The notes below the pieces were generated by a model. It searched no databases, was not told the DNA's origin, and saw only the letters and a list, made by a program, of their open reading frames with translations. A DNA stretch of 64,000 nucleotides, taken from positions 32,001 through 96,000 of the forward strand of contig CAZFHY010000006.1 in NCBI GenBank assembly GCA_964519305.1. The letters run 5' to 3'. The stretch's first letter is position 1, and every line of letters begins with the position of its first letter. The stretch comes from Candidatus Undinarchaeota archaeon. Lineage in GTDB: Archaea; SpSt-1190; JASMDC01. Positions 36,962 to 46,897 of this stretch are shown piece after piece. The position numbers and the translations under genes were made by a program.

Positions 36962-38155
36962 ATGCTATATGAAAGCGAGAAGGGAACATACCGACTGGCC
37001 GTCGGTTTTGTAGCAGTACTGCTATTGGCCGCGGCCACAGCGACCATGGCCCGCGAGGGCCTGAGACCACAACTACCCGCCGAGCTGCCGGAGGAACCGG
37101 TCGTCGGCCTGCCGAACCCGGCGGCCGTGTACTGCCTGGAGAACGGTGGCACGCTCGAGAGCCGGGAAGGCACGTACGGCCAGCACGGCGTGTGTATCTT
37201 CGACGACGGCTCGGAGTGTGGCCAATGGGAGTTCTTCCGGGGCGAGTGCGCTCCCGGGGACACTGACCAGTTCGTGCCTCCGGTACCGGAAGAGCCTGTG
37301 CCCGCCCCGGGCGAGGGTGATTCTGATAAGGAGTACTGCGAGAACCCGCGCCCCATGATCTGCACCGCGGACTACCGCCCCGTGTGCGGCTCCGACGGGA
37401 AGACCTACGGTAACGCCTGCGGAGCTTGCGGCAGCGAGGCTGTCGAGTGGCATGTCCCCGGCGAATGCGTCGAGGACAAGGCCGAAGCTGTAAATTGCAT
37501 AGGCCCCAAGCCCACCGGTCCCGTGGCCTGCACCATGGGATGGATGCCTGTGTGCGGCTCCGACGGTGTGACCTACGGCAACAAGTGCGGCGCCTGCGCT
37601 GCGGCCGATGTCGAGTACTACCTGCCCGGCGAGTGCGCCCCCACCCTCCCTGAGGACGCCGTCGCCTGTGAAAGCCCCAAGCCCACCGGCCCAGTCGCCT
37701 GCACCAGGGAATGGATGCCTGTGTGCGGTTCTGACGGTGTGACCTACGGTAACAAGTGCGGTGCCTGCGCGAGCCCGACCACCGAGTGGTACCTCCCCGG
37801 CGAGTGCCAGAATGAGATAGACTCGTTCGAGGAGTGCATCGCCGCTGGTAATCCCGCGATGGAGAGCTACCCGCGCCAGTGCCGCAGCGCCGAAGGGCGG
37901 ACGTTCACCGAAGAGATCACCGAGGCCCTTCCCATCAAGGACCTAACGGTGACAGTCTGTGAAGAGCCCCGCCGCTTGGCCTGCACACGCGAGTACCGCC
38001 CCGTGTGCGGCTCTGACGGTATGACCTACCCCAACTGGTGCACCGCGTGCGCGAACGACGCGGTGGCCCACTACACTAACGACGCTTGTGCCGAAGACGC
38101 ACAGGTCGTCGTGGAGGAGGTGGCCCCCGTGGCCATCAGCGCCTCTGCACCCTGA
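36962..38155 (+). CDS. Secreted protein with DUF333 domain and four Kazal protease-inhibitor domains
   Basis: '[26 protein letters not shown]' (DUF333), and four 'CTxxx.PVCGSDG.TY.N.C.AC' units. Confidence 0.92.
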   Translation: MLYESEKGTYRLAVGFVAVLLLAAATATMAREGLRPQLPAELPEEPVVGLPNPAAVYCLENGGTLESREGTYGQHGVCIFDDGSECGQWEFFRGECAPGDTDQFVPPVPEEPVPAPGEGDSDKEYCENPRPMICTADYRPVCGSDGKTYGNACGACGSEAVEWHVPGECVEDKAEAVNCIGPKPTGPVACTMGWMPVCGSDGVTYGNKCGACAAADVEYYLPGECAPTLPEDAVACESPKPTGPVACTREWMPVCGSDGVTYGNKCGACASPTTEWYLPGECQNEIDSFEECIAAGNPAMESYPRQCRSAEGRTFTEEITEALPIKDLTVTVCEEPRRLACTREYRPVCGSDGMTYPNWCTACANDAVAHYTNDACAEDAQVVVEEVAPVAISASAP

Positions 38156-38184
38156 ACTGCCTATGCCTCAACCACCATTCCCAC

Positions 38185-38226
38185 GGGGCGGCGGACCCCA
38201 CTCCCCCGCCGCCCCACCCCTTTTTT
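38185..38226 (+). terminator. 10-bp GC hairpin followed by T6
   Basis: GGGGCGGCGG / CCGCCGCCCC, then TTTTTT. Confidence 0.6.
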
Positions 38227-38349
38227 CCCTACAGGGTCGACATGGACGGAACATGCTACAAGCCTGCCATGGATACCGGCACGCCGCCCCGCAGAACGAT
38301 ATACCGCGCGAACGACAATGACCAACACTTACAGATGGAATCCCAGGCG

Positions 38350-38445
38350 ATGACCGTGGACGAGATGGACATGACGATCATCGAGCTAACACCGTTGCTG
38401 GTGATCACGGTGTTGTCGGCCGCCATGGCCGTATCCTGCCTCTAA
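38350..38445 (+). CDS. Possible small hydrophobic peptide (31 aa)
   Basis: MTVDEMDMTIIELTPLLVITVLSAAMAVSCL. Confidence 0.3.
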   Translation: MTVDEMDMTIIELTPLLVITVLSAAMAVSCL

Positions 38446-38502
38446 GGACCGCGCGGCCCCTTAACGCGTCGCATAAATATCTTGAGGCATTAAGATGGGC
38501 CG

Positions 38503-39123
38503 ATGGCGGGTGACCTGAGGAGGCGGGACGCAGAGGAACTGTCCATGGAGCGGCGGTTCCTGCGGCTCATCCTACAGCCCGTGGCGTTCTTCGACCGGCT
38601 CGGGCTCGATACACCGTTCGACCGGGTGCTCCCCTACCATGCCCTCCTGGTGTGGTCCGTGGCAGTGTTCCATCCCCAAGGCGTACTTGGGATGTCAGGA
38701 AGCTCGGCCGCTCTTTCCATGCTCCTTGCCCCATTGGGCGCGCTGGCGGCCAACGCACTTCTTGCCGGTCTCTCCCATGCGTTGGGCTCGATCCAGGGTG
38801 CCGGTGCAGAGCTGCGAGAGACGCTCAAGGTGTACCTGTACGCCTTCACCCCCGCGCTCCCATACCTGGTCGTGGTCCACGCGACCGGGGGCGCTGTCCT
38901 CCCCATCGCCCCGGGAGCTTTCGTTGCGGGGAACCTGTTCGCCGTTGACGCCGTCGCCGCTTTCTTCTCCGCGTGGTGGGCCGTCCTCGTCCTGATCGGA
39001 CTGAAGGAGGTCCACACGATACCGACCTATCGGGCCCTTATCATGGCCCTGCCGGCCGTGCTTTTCGTGATCATCACCGCTGATCCCGTGGCCCTTGTCA
39101 CCCTCTGGCTCGGATGGGTGTGA
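38503..39123 (+). CDS. Yip1-domain membrane protein, paralog 1
   Basis: 'LILQPVAFF', 'ETLKVYLYAFTP', 'IGLKEVHTIPTYRA'. Confidence 0.8.
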   Translation: MAGDLRRRDAEELSMERRFLRLILQPVAFFDRLGLDTPFDRVLPYHALLVWSVAVFHPQGVLGMSGSSAALSMLLAPLGALAANALLAGLSHALGSIQGAGAELRETLKVYLYAFTPALPYLVVVHATGGAVLPIAPGAFVAGNLFAVDAVAAFFSAWWAVLVLIGLKEVHTIPTYRALIMALPAVLFVIITADPVALVTLWLGWV

Positions 39124-39174
39124 TCCGGCGCCACCTGCGTCACCTTCAAAAAGGTTCACACGAATTTCTGGACC

Positions 39175-39819
39175 ATGTCGCCCCAGTCGGAGGTGTTCGA
39201 CAGCGAGGACTTAGGTCTGGACGGCCGTTTAACGAGTATCCTGCTCAAGCCTGTCTCGTTCTTCAGAAAGATCGGGCTGGGTACTCCCATCACCCGGGTG
39301 GTGCCGTATTACGCCATCCTGGCCCTTGCCATGACCCTGCTCCGCCTCCACATTACCGACCGGTTGGAGAACCGTCCCGAAGTAATCCTGCTGATATTCA
39401 TCGCCCCGCTCGTGGGCGTTATCGTCAATGGTGTACTGGCCGGACTATCCCAGGCACTGGGGGCCCTCGTGGGTGCTGGCGCGGATATACCCGAGAGCAT
39501 GAAGGTCTACATGTACGGTTCAACACCGCTCCTGTTCCCGCTCCTTGTGGCCGTCGCTGGTATAGCTGTCCCCTGGGTCCTTGCCCCCGGTCTGGCTCCG
39601 ACGGACGGAGTGGAGGTCCTAGTCTCTCTCTGGTTCATGGTCCTGATAGTAATAGGATTACGGGAAGTGCACACCATCTCGACCGCCCGCGCTATCGTCA
39701 TGGCGGCCCCGGCCCTTTTCCTCCTCCTGGTGAGCCTGATAGCCGCGGGAACCCCCTACTGGTGGATCAGCTGGCTCTACATCGTGCTGGTCCCGCCGGG
39801 AGCGGTACCGCCGGGCTAG
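39175..39819 (+). CDS. Yip1-domain membrane protein, paralog 2
   Basis: 'ILLKPVSFF', 'ESMKVYMYGSTP', 'IGLREVHTISTARA'. Confidence 0.8.
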   Translation: MSPQSEVFDSEDLGLDGRLTSILLKPVSFFRKIGLGTPITRVVPYYAILALAMTLLRLHITDRLENRPEVILLIFIAPLVGVIVNGVLAGLSQALGALVGAGADIPESMKVYMYGSTPLLFPLLVAVAGIAVPWVLAPGLAPTDGVEVLVSLWFMVLIVIGLREVHTISTARAIVMAAPALFLLLVSLIAAGTPYWWISWLYIVLVPPGAVPPG

Positions 39820-41108
39820 AAGAAGGACGTCAGAGTCCGCTGGTACAGGCGGTTCTTGAGGATAGATGAGTTATCTATCCAGCGCTTCAGGCCGGTGCCC
39901 GTGCGCGGAGCTGCTGCCGCTAGGGCCGTTCTCAGGTCAGGGAACCGTTCTGGGGTGTTCTGCATGGCGCGCCTCACGTTCTCCCGCACCTCCCACACGC
40001 CCACGGGCAGGTAATAGGTATTATCGATCTCTCGTAGGGCCACCGCTACGGCCTGGCGTCCCATGCTGACCAGTGCCTCGTACACTGCCAGACGGGCCGC
40101 GTAGTATCCGCCACCTTGCTTCGTAGCGTAACTGGTCCGGCCTTCGCTGGGTTCGTACTCCTGCACGACCGTCCAGTCGTCACCTGCGCCCCACGCGCTC
40201 CCACCCGCCCATGATTCGAGGTGCTCGAACTCCAGGCGCCCGGGTATGAGGATGATCTCGTAGTGGTTGCCCATGTACTCGTTGGAGAAGAGCAGCACCT
40301 CGTCGAGCTCTGGTAGGTCACGCAGACGGGCGGCCAGGTCGCGGCCTACGATATCGTCGGTCGCAGTGATGGCCCAGCGGGTGGGCACGAGGGTACGGTC
40401 CTTCCCGCGGCCTAGGAGCCCGGCCGACAGCACCTTCTGGACATGGTAGACGTCCATACCGGCGTCGAAGAGGTTCGCTACTCCCTCCTCGGCCGGGAGG
40501 TCCGTATCACTGGTCACCTTGTCGGCGGCCCGGGGCACGGCGGGATTCCCCACAAGATCGAAGCTCTTGAGCTCGGCCGATGGACCCATGGGCTGGGCGA
40601 CGGCAGAGAAGGCTATGTGGAACCGTGGTACTTGGCGCAGGTGGAGCTCAACGTCGACAGGCCGCGATGAGAGCACCAGGTCCTGGTAGTCGCGGAGCGT
40701 GGCCGGAGGATCGCGGGCGGCGTGGATGTCGACCGACTCACGCGAGCGGACCAGCAGGGACCGGAACCCGACCACTTCCTGGATGGTGGCGCCGTACCAC
40801 CGTGCGGGATCGTCAAGGAAAGAGGGGTCCTCGTGGGGGACGGCCAGGCCCATGGGCCCCAAGGACACCTTGGGATAACCCTTCCATCCGACGAAGAATC
40901 CCGGCGGACTGGGAGATGCGATGTCTTTCCGCAGCTTGCGGGCGATGTCCGAGTGGGCCGAGGCCTGGGCCGTGATGGGACACCGGCTCTTCCCGCACAG
41001 GAGCTTGCCTCCTTTACAGCGCAGGCACAGCTCTCGCCGCACCTCGGTGCTCGGTCCATCGACCTTCGCACCCTTGCCCAGGGAACGTAGGTCGTCCTGT
41101 CGGTCCAC
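39816..41108 (-). CDS. nreA: Nre family DNA repair protein
   Basis: N-terminal CLRCKGGKLLCGKSRCP, 'LVPTRWAITATDD', 'GGYYAARL', and C-terminal PIP motif QRTLTSFF. Confidence 0.92.
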   Translation of the reverse strand: MDRQDDLRSLGKGAKVDGPSTEVRRELCLRCKGGKLLCGKSRCPITAQASAHSDIARKLRKDIASPSPPGFFVGWKGYPKVSLGPMGLAVPHEDPSFLDDPARWYGATIQEVVGFRSLLVRSRESVDIHAARDPPATLRDYQDLVLSSRPVDVELHLRQVPRFHIAFSAVAQPMGPSAELKSFDLVGNPAVPRAADKVTSDTDLPAEEGVANLFDAGMDVYHVQKVLSAGLLGRGKDRTLVPTRWAITATDDIVGRDLAARLRDLPELDEVLLFSNEYMGNHYEIILIPGRLEFEHLESWAGGSAWGAGDDWTVVQEYEPSEGRTSYATKQGGGYYAARLAVYEALVSMGRQAVAVALREIDNTYYLPVGVWEVRENVRRAMQNTPERFPDLRTALAAAAPRTGTGLKRWIDNSSILKNRLYQRTLTSFF

Positions 41109-41183
41109 GGTCCATCAACGCTCCGTGGACGTTTAAATCTCTTGGTCCGAAGGCACACGGCCCCGGATGAACCGATATAAACG

Positions 41184-41462
41184 ATGTTAACCACCGGTCC
41201 ACCTACCGTGTCGGAAGAGGGCTCTGGAGGATCGACAGGTCTCGAGCTGGCCGTGCTGGCAGGGATGGTATTATTAGCGTTCCCAATCTACCGCACGGTG
41301 GTCCGTTTCCTTGAAGCGGATATGGGCATCACGCTCTGGACAGCCATGCTCGGGTACGCAGCAGTGGTCGTTGCATGCTACGCGTACTACCGCTGCGTCG
41401 GCGTGCTCATGCACTACCTGCACCTAGGATCTTACTCGGACGATGAGAGTAGTGGGCCCTAG
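41184..41462 (+). CDS. Small membrane protein (2 TM)
   Basis: 92-aa ORF with two hydrophobic segments. Confidence 0.55.
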   Translation: MLTTGPPTVSEEGSGGSTGLELAVLAGMVLLAFPIYRTVVRFLEADMGITLWTAMLGYAAVVVACYAYYRCVGVLMHYLHLGSYSDDESSGP

Positions 41463-44400
41463 ACCGGCTGGCCGCCGCCCTCCTCCTTCTCGATGAGGTC
41501 CACCAGCTCGCTCAGCAGTCCGGTGACCATCGCTTCATCCTCTCCGTACACGGATAGCTCCACCTGTCCCTGGGCACCGTAGACCACCTTGATGCTGGCT
41601 CCGATGAATGCCTTGCTGTACGCACCCTGACCCGAGTACTCTCCGAGCATGCTCGTCCTGTCGGGGGCCACCTCCTCGTGCACGGTATGGATGTTGTTGA
41701 ACCTAGTCTTGACCACCTGGAATATCCTGGTGGGATCGGTCCGGAGGGACATGCTCTTGGTCCCGCTCTGCAGGTACTGCTTCCGCTGGGCGAACTCCTG
41801 TGGTGTGAGGCGGACACGCTCGAGGAACGGACAAACGCTCCCAACGTCCACGGGATCGATCTGGACGACCTTGGTCTCTCCCTTGTTGTTCTCGTAGGTG
41901 GCGTACCCGGTGACGGTACCCTTCACACATCGAGTGGGTACAAGGTGGAAGATTGCGCTCTGGAACTCGTCAGGCCGGATGTTGCCCAGCTCAACGGTGG
42001 GCGAACCGCCCTGCACCTTGAAGGCCTTGGGATAGTCGATGGTGACCTTCACTTCGGTGATCTTGAAGGTTGAGTCGTTCTTCACCTTGATACCCAGCTT
42101 CACGGCGTTGCCCTCCATGGTCTTACCGCGCCGGATCACCACGGCCTCCTCGCCAATGGTCTTGCGCTTGAGCACCTTGAGGTAGTATGCGATGATGCTC
42201 AGTGAGCCGATGAAGGCGGCAACGATCTCCCAGTACTCCTTGAAGAACTTGACGAGGCCGTCCTTGTCGGTGGGGAGGATGCCGAACAGCAGGCCTTCAT
42301 CCTTGTCATCTTTGGGCCCAGCGGTGGGCCCGGGCTTATCGATGGGCTGTTCTTCTCCAGGGGGCGGTTGCTTGGCGGCATCCAGCTCGGTCTTGATGCG
42401 CGCCACGGCCGTGTGCGCGTCGACAAGGTCCTCGGCCTCGAGGCTGGCCTGTGTTTCCATGGTCAGCTCCTCGATGCGCTGGCGCATGCCCTCGTCCTCG
42501 ATGCCTCCGGCCTCCTCGATCGCGGCCTGGAGCTCCATCTGGATCTCCTCGCTCTGCAGGGCCTCGCGCTCCTCGTCCACCGAGCGGTACGCGTCGAGGT
42601 TGACATCGGTGGCCACCACGGCGGTACTGGCCTGGACTTCGGCCTCGCCGATCTCACCTTCGGCTGTGTATGACGTGGTCACGCTCTCCCCCGGCTCGAG
42701 TGCTGAGAGGTCCCAGCCAACGAGAGGGTCGTCACGCAACACCCTGGGCACGGGGCACGGTTGTCCGGACGTGCGCTGGCAGGTGTAGTGCAGCTCGAGC
42801 GCTGACACGGCCGCGCTCTTTGGGATCTCCATGATGAGCACAGCACCATCCACGGTCTCGCTGGCGGTGTTCTCGATAGTGCGGGTCACGACCGTGCGCA
42901 TGCGCTTCGCACCGGATTGATAAGTGGCCTCGATGACCTCGGCCTTCACACGCTGCTTCACCGTCTCCCGTAGCCGCTTGGCCGACTCTCTGACCGATTC
43001 GACCTTCTCCGATGGCGGAGGCGCATCATCTGTTGGTGTCAGGGCTTGCGCGAGCACGTGGTCGATTCTCTCCTCATGGACCTCGGCCTCCCGCTCCTCG
43101 ATGCCATGCATGGGATTAACGTCGACGGCGACCTTATCCTTGGCCCGCTCCATGGCCTTCTCCAGCTTATTCTTGGCCTTCAGGGCCTTACCGGGGTTCG
43201 CGTCCAGCTCGACCTCTAGTTCCTTCAGCTCGTTCAGGAGCTTGTCGATGCGTTCGATCATCCGCTGGTTCCGCTCCTCGGCACCGAGCTTCTGGATGAC
43301 CTCCTTCTTCTCCTCGGACTCCTGGTACATGGCATCGGACAGTTCCCCGAAGCTCTGGGACGTCTCGGCGACCTCGGTCTGGAGCTGTAACATCTCTTGC
43401 TGCATCTGCTCCTTGTCCTCCTCGTTGACCTCCACTGGGACGCATAGGGCAGGCCCTCGGTCACACATCTCGTTATCGCCGCACTGGTCGTCGAACGCAC
43501 AACAACCACGTCCGGCCTCGCAGCACCGCGTGTTCTGGCAGTTGCCGCTGCCGCACTCGTCAGGCTTGAAGCAGGGGGCGCCATCAGGTTTCCCGCCCGT
43601 AGGGCCTGGCGGGGGTTCAGCGGGTATGCAGTAGAACCGGCCCGTGTCGCACATCTCCGTGCGTCCGCAGTGCGCATCGGACTCGCAGCACTTCTCGCCG
43701 CCCGCACAGCACACGCCGTTCTGGCAGTTGCCCGTGGTGCATCCTTCGTTCGTACTGCAGGAATCACCGGGCTCGCTGAGCTTGACCTGAAGGATGCACG
43801 AGTTATCCTGGCAGTTGTAGTTCTCAGGGCATGGGCAGTCATTGCAGCATGTCCGGTAGTTTTCGCCCATCTCGCACTGGGCATCGCCGCACTTGAAGCA
43901 GTCCTCGGCCGGGAGGATGGTCATGGCAGCCCCTCCGTGGGCTGACCGTTCCTCTCCCGCTAAGGAATAGGTACCTTCTAGGCTGACCGATGTGGACCTC
44001 TCCTCGCAGGTATGGTCCGCGGAGATGACAAGGTCCATGGTCCTGACGCCGGTCTCCTCCTGCTCTTCATCATCGTACCATGGGAACTCGTCAAGCCAGA
44101 AAGAGGAGGGTTCGGAACTGATGCCCTCTTCAGTCCCCACATCGACGTCCACACCAGGGATATAACCCTCGACCTCGAACCGACAAGGTACGCTCACGGC
44201 ACCCCCGCCGCGAACGGAGAGCTCGCGACAGAATATTGTGAGCGTGGGCTCACCCTCGGATCCGGGATCGTCAGGCGTCTCGGTCGGTTCGCCCGGACAA
44301 TCGCCCTCCAGTATGAGCACGACCTCGGCGGTGTCGCCGGAGGCCCAGGTATCGCTGTTCACGATCACGGTGAGATCGTCATAGGAGCCCATGATCTCCT

Positions 44401-46336
44401 TCTCGTCAAGGAGGGCCTCGATGTAGTTGGCCGAGAACGTATCTGTGCTGCCGTCGAGTGAGACTACCTCGACCGAGGCGGTCCCGAGCGTATCGATGTC
44501 GAAGAGATTCAGTTTGTACCCGCACAACTCGAAAGGCTCGTTCAGAACGAGCGTCACCTTGTCCTCGTACGTCACGTCAGACGGTGGCTCGTCCGTGACC
44601 ACAGGCGTTTCCGTGACCGTCGGCGGTTCAGGGCCCTTTGTCACCTCAATCGGTTCGGGCTTCGGTGTAGTGGTGACTTGTCCTTCGGTTATCGGTTTGG
44701 ATGTGACCTGGGCCACGGTCTTCTCCCGACATTTGTTAGAGGCGCACTCGTACGTCTTCCCGTCCTTAGGGCAGTCCTCCGGTACGCAGCAGTAGCCTTC
44801 GCCTACGCAATAACCGCACCAGGAGGCGGTCCCTGTACCGCAAGCGTTACAATCGATGTCGTACTCGCACGTTCCGCTATCCGAGCACCACGCGTTGGTA
44901 CAGGTGCCGTACGGCGCCTTAGTGCACTGACCGGTGTCCTTGCACTCTGGAAGGGGGGTCGTGGCGCCTGGTATCGATTCGCACTTGTTGTCGATGCACT
45001 CGTACCCGTCGTCGCACTGGTTGTCGTCACAGCACTCTCCGTACTTGACATGGCCTGTAGTGCAGCAGATGGCCGGTGTCCTGCTGATCGTCACCTGTTG
45101 TCCGTACTTGCTGGCATCGGCGGGATATGTGCAGATGCCTCCCGAGCACTCCTCGAGCGTGCAGGGATCTGCATCTGAGCAATAGCAGTCAGCGCAGTTC
45201 CCGCAATTTTCCCCGGCCGTCGCCTCGCAGTGCCGGTCCATATCGCACGCCGCGGCCTCCCCTCCCGTACCGGTACCCGTCCCTTCAGTGGTCTCCTTGA
45301 CGCACTGATCGCCCGAGACCTCGTACCCCTCGGGGCATGGGCAGTTCGCTTCGTTGACGACGATGTTCCCGGAACTGGCGCAGTACAAAGGGGGATTGGC
45401 CGTGCAGGTGTCGTACGGCGTGCCGTCAGAGCACTCCTTGACGTCCTCTACGCACTTGTCCCCCGATACCTTGTACCCTTCGGGGCACGGGCAGTTCTCT
45501 TCGTTGACGACGATGTTCCCGGAACTGGCACAGTACAAAGGGGGATTGGCCGTGCAGGTGCTGTACGGCGTACCGTCCGTGCACTTCTTGGCCTCCTCTA
45601 CGCACGTGTCCCCCTCGACCTGGTACCCTTCGTGGCAGGGGCAGTTCGTTTCATCGACGACGAGGTTCCCGTCCTTGTCGCAGTACTTCGGCGGCGTCGA
45701 TGTACATGTACCGGTCGGTGTGCCGTCCGTGCACTCGAAGACCATGCACACCCCATTGGAACACTCCTGCTCCGCCGTGCAGGCCTTCGTGCAGGAGCCG
45801 CACCGCTGATGGTCCTTGTCGAGGTCGTAGCACACGCCATCGTCGCAGCGCGTCATCCAGTCATCAGCGCATGGCAGTGGCAGGCAGTCCCCGGACTCGC
45901 ACTTCTGCCAATCCGTGCAAATCTTACCGCACTCACCGCAGTTCACCTGGTCCCACTGCAGGTCGACGCACCCGACGATGGGGCAGTCAGTGAGCTTTGG
46001 ATCACCGCATCCGGCGGGTTCGTCGGCCGCGCACCCGCGGCCATCGGCCCCTTGCTGTCCCACGCCCACGCACCGGGGACGCATGGGATCGTTGCACGGG
46101 CACAGCGCGGGATTGTCCATGCAGTTCATGCCGGCCAGGCAGTCGCCTGTATCCGCCCTGCAGCCCCGGATGTTCGCTTCAGCGTGGCCCGGATCGCAGA
46201 TGGGGCGGAGGGCATCGCAGGCACATTGTGTAGGGTTGGTCTGGCAGTTGTCGCCCGTTGGACATATTCCGGCCGCGAGCGCCAGACCAGCAAATAATAC
46301 GAGCACGAACAGTAGTGATTTCCGCCTCATGAGCAT
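41459..46336 (-). CDS. Large single-pass membrane protein: Cys-rich ectodomain, coiled coil, TM helix, folded cytoplasmic domain
   Basis: Signal peptide 'RRKSLLFVLVLFAGLALA', STIG1-like 'CVDLQWDQVNCGECGKIC', TM 'WEIVAAFIGSLSIIAYYL' followed by KVLKRK. Confidence 0.9.
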   Translation of the reverse strand: MLMRRKSLLFVLVLFAGLALAAGICPTGDNCQTNPTQCACDALRPICDPGHAEANIRGCRADTGDCLAGMNCMDNPALCPCNDPMRPRCVGVGQQGADGRGCAADEPAGCGDPKLTDCPIVGCVDLQWDQVNCGECGKICTDWQKCESGDCLPLPCADDWMTRCDDGVCYDLDKDHQRCGSCTKACTAEQECSNGVCMVFECTDGTPTGTCTSTPPKYCDKDGNLVVDETNCPCHEGYQVEGDTCVEEAKKCTDGTPYSTCTANPPLYCASSGNIVVNEENCPCPEGYKVSGDKCVEDVKECSDGTPYDTCTANPPLYCASSGNIVVNEANCPCPEGYEVSGDQCVKETTEGTGTGTGGEAAACDMDRHCEATAGENCGNCADCYCSDADPCTLEECSGGICTYPADASKYGQQVTISRTPAICCTTGHVKYGECCDDNQCDDGYECIDNKCESIPGATTPLPECKDTGQCTKAPYGTCTNAWCSDSGTCEYDIDCNACGTGTASWCGYCVGEGYCCVPEDCPKDGKTYECASNKCREKTVAQVTSKPITEGQVTTTPKPEPIEVTKGPEPPTVTETPVVTDEPPSDVTYEDKVTLVLNEPFELCGYKLNLFDIDTLGTASVEVVSLDGSTDTFSANYIEALLDEKEIMGSYDDLTVIVNSDTWASGDTAEVVLILEGDCPGEPTETPDDPGSEGEPTLTIFCRELSVRGGGAVSVPCRFEVEGYIPGVDVDVGTEEGISSEPSSFWLDEFPWYDDEEQEETGVRTMDLVISADHTCEERSTSVSLEGTYSLAGEERSAHGGAAMTILPAEDCFKCGDAQCEMGENYRTCCNDCPCPENYNCQDNSCILQVKLSEPGDSCSTNEGCTTGNCQNGVCCAGGEKCCESDAHCGRTEMCDTGRFYCIPAEPPPGPTGGKPDGAPCFKPDECGSGNCQNTRCCEAGRGCCAFDDQCGDNEMCDRGPALCVPVEVNEEDKEQMQQEMLQLQTEVAETSQSFGELSDAMYQESEEKKEVIQKLGAEERNQRMIERIDKLLNELKELEVELDANPGKALKAKNKLEKAMERAKDKVAVDVNPMHGIEEREAEVHEERIDHVLAQALTPTDDAPPPSEKVESVRESAKRLRETVKQRVKAEVIEATYQSGAKRMRTVVTRTIENTASETVDGAVLIMEIPKSAAVSALELHYTCQRTSGQPCPVPRVLRDDPLVGWDLSALEPGESVTTSYTAEGEIGEAEVQASTAVVATDVNLDAYRSVDEEREALQSEEIQMELQAAIEEAGGIEDEGMRQRIEELTMETQASLEAEDLVDAHTAVARIKTELDAAKQPPPGEEQPIDKPGPTAGPKDDKDEGLLFGILPTDKDGLVKFFKEYWEIVAAFIGSLSIIAYYLKVLKRKTIGEEAVVIRRGKTMEGNAVKLGIKVKNDSTFKITEVKVTIDYPKAFKVQGGSPTVELGNIRPDEFQSAIFHLVPTRCVKGTVTGYATYENNKGETKVVQIDPVDVGSVCPFLERVRLTPQEFAQRKQYLQSGTKSMSLRTDPTRIFQVVKTRFNNIHTVHEEVAPDRTSMLGEYSGQGAYSKAFIGASIKVVYGAQGQVELSVYGEDEAMVTGLLSELVDLIEKEEGGGQPV
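45290..45740 (-). repeat. Three 150-bp coding repeats (CTDGTP..CPCPEGY..C)
   Basis: 'cgatgttccc'/'cgaggttccc' recurs at 45361, 45511 and 45661. Confidence 0.85.
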
Positions 46337-46434
46337 TCCCCTTCCTTCTACTAAGTAAGGTGGAGGGAAGGACGATTTAAGTAGGTTTTGAAAAAGGGCC
46401 TCCGTTAACGGGTTTTATACCTCCGGTACGATGC

Positions 46435-46893
46435 TCACTTATTCCCCTTCACTCCCGGGCACTTGATACGTTCCCCTGTCTTGCAGTAGTACGTGAAGCA
46501 GTCGATCCACGGGGGGTCCTTCGGGTTCCCCTGCACGAACTCCAGCAGCTTCCTCAACTGTGACATGGTGGCCGGTGAGATGTGGTGCCCGACCTCGGCG
46601 GCGTCCACCTCAGCCTGCTCCCCCTCCACACCGATCATCTCGAAGAGGGCTGCCAACAGCCGGTGCCGGTCCATGCACTTCTTCGCCAGCTTCTTTCCCC
46701 TGGGTGTCAGAGTAACTCCTGCATAGCTCTGGTAGTTGACCAGTTCCTCGTCCTGGAGCTTGCCGAGCATCTCGGTGACCGATGGAGGCTTGACGCCTAG
46801 GCGTGACGCGAGCTTCCCCGTCCGGGCACGCCCGTCCTGTTTCTCTAACACGAATATGGCCTCTATGTAGTCTTCCTTTGTCTGTTTCCGCAT
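46435..46893 (-). CDS. DtxR/MntR family metal-dependent regulator
   Basis: 'EDYIEAIF..LGVKPPSVTEML..RHRLL..HHIS'. Confidence 0.92.
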   Translation of the reverse strand: MRKQTKEDYIEAIFVLEKQDGRARTGKLASRLGVKPPSVTEMLGKLQDEELVNYQSYAGVTLTPRGKKLAKKCMDRHRLLAALFEMIGVEGEQAEVDAAEVGHHISPATMSQLRKLLEFVQGNPKDPPWIDCFTYYCKTGERIKCPGVKGNK

Positions 46894-46897
46894 ACTA

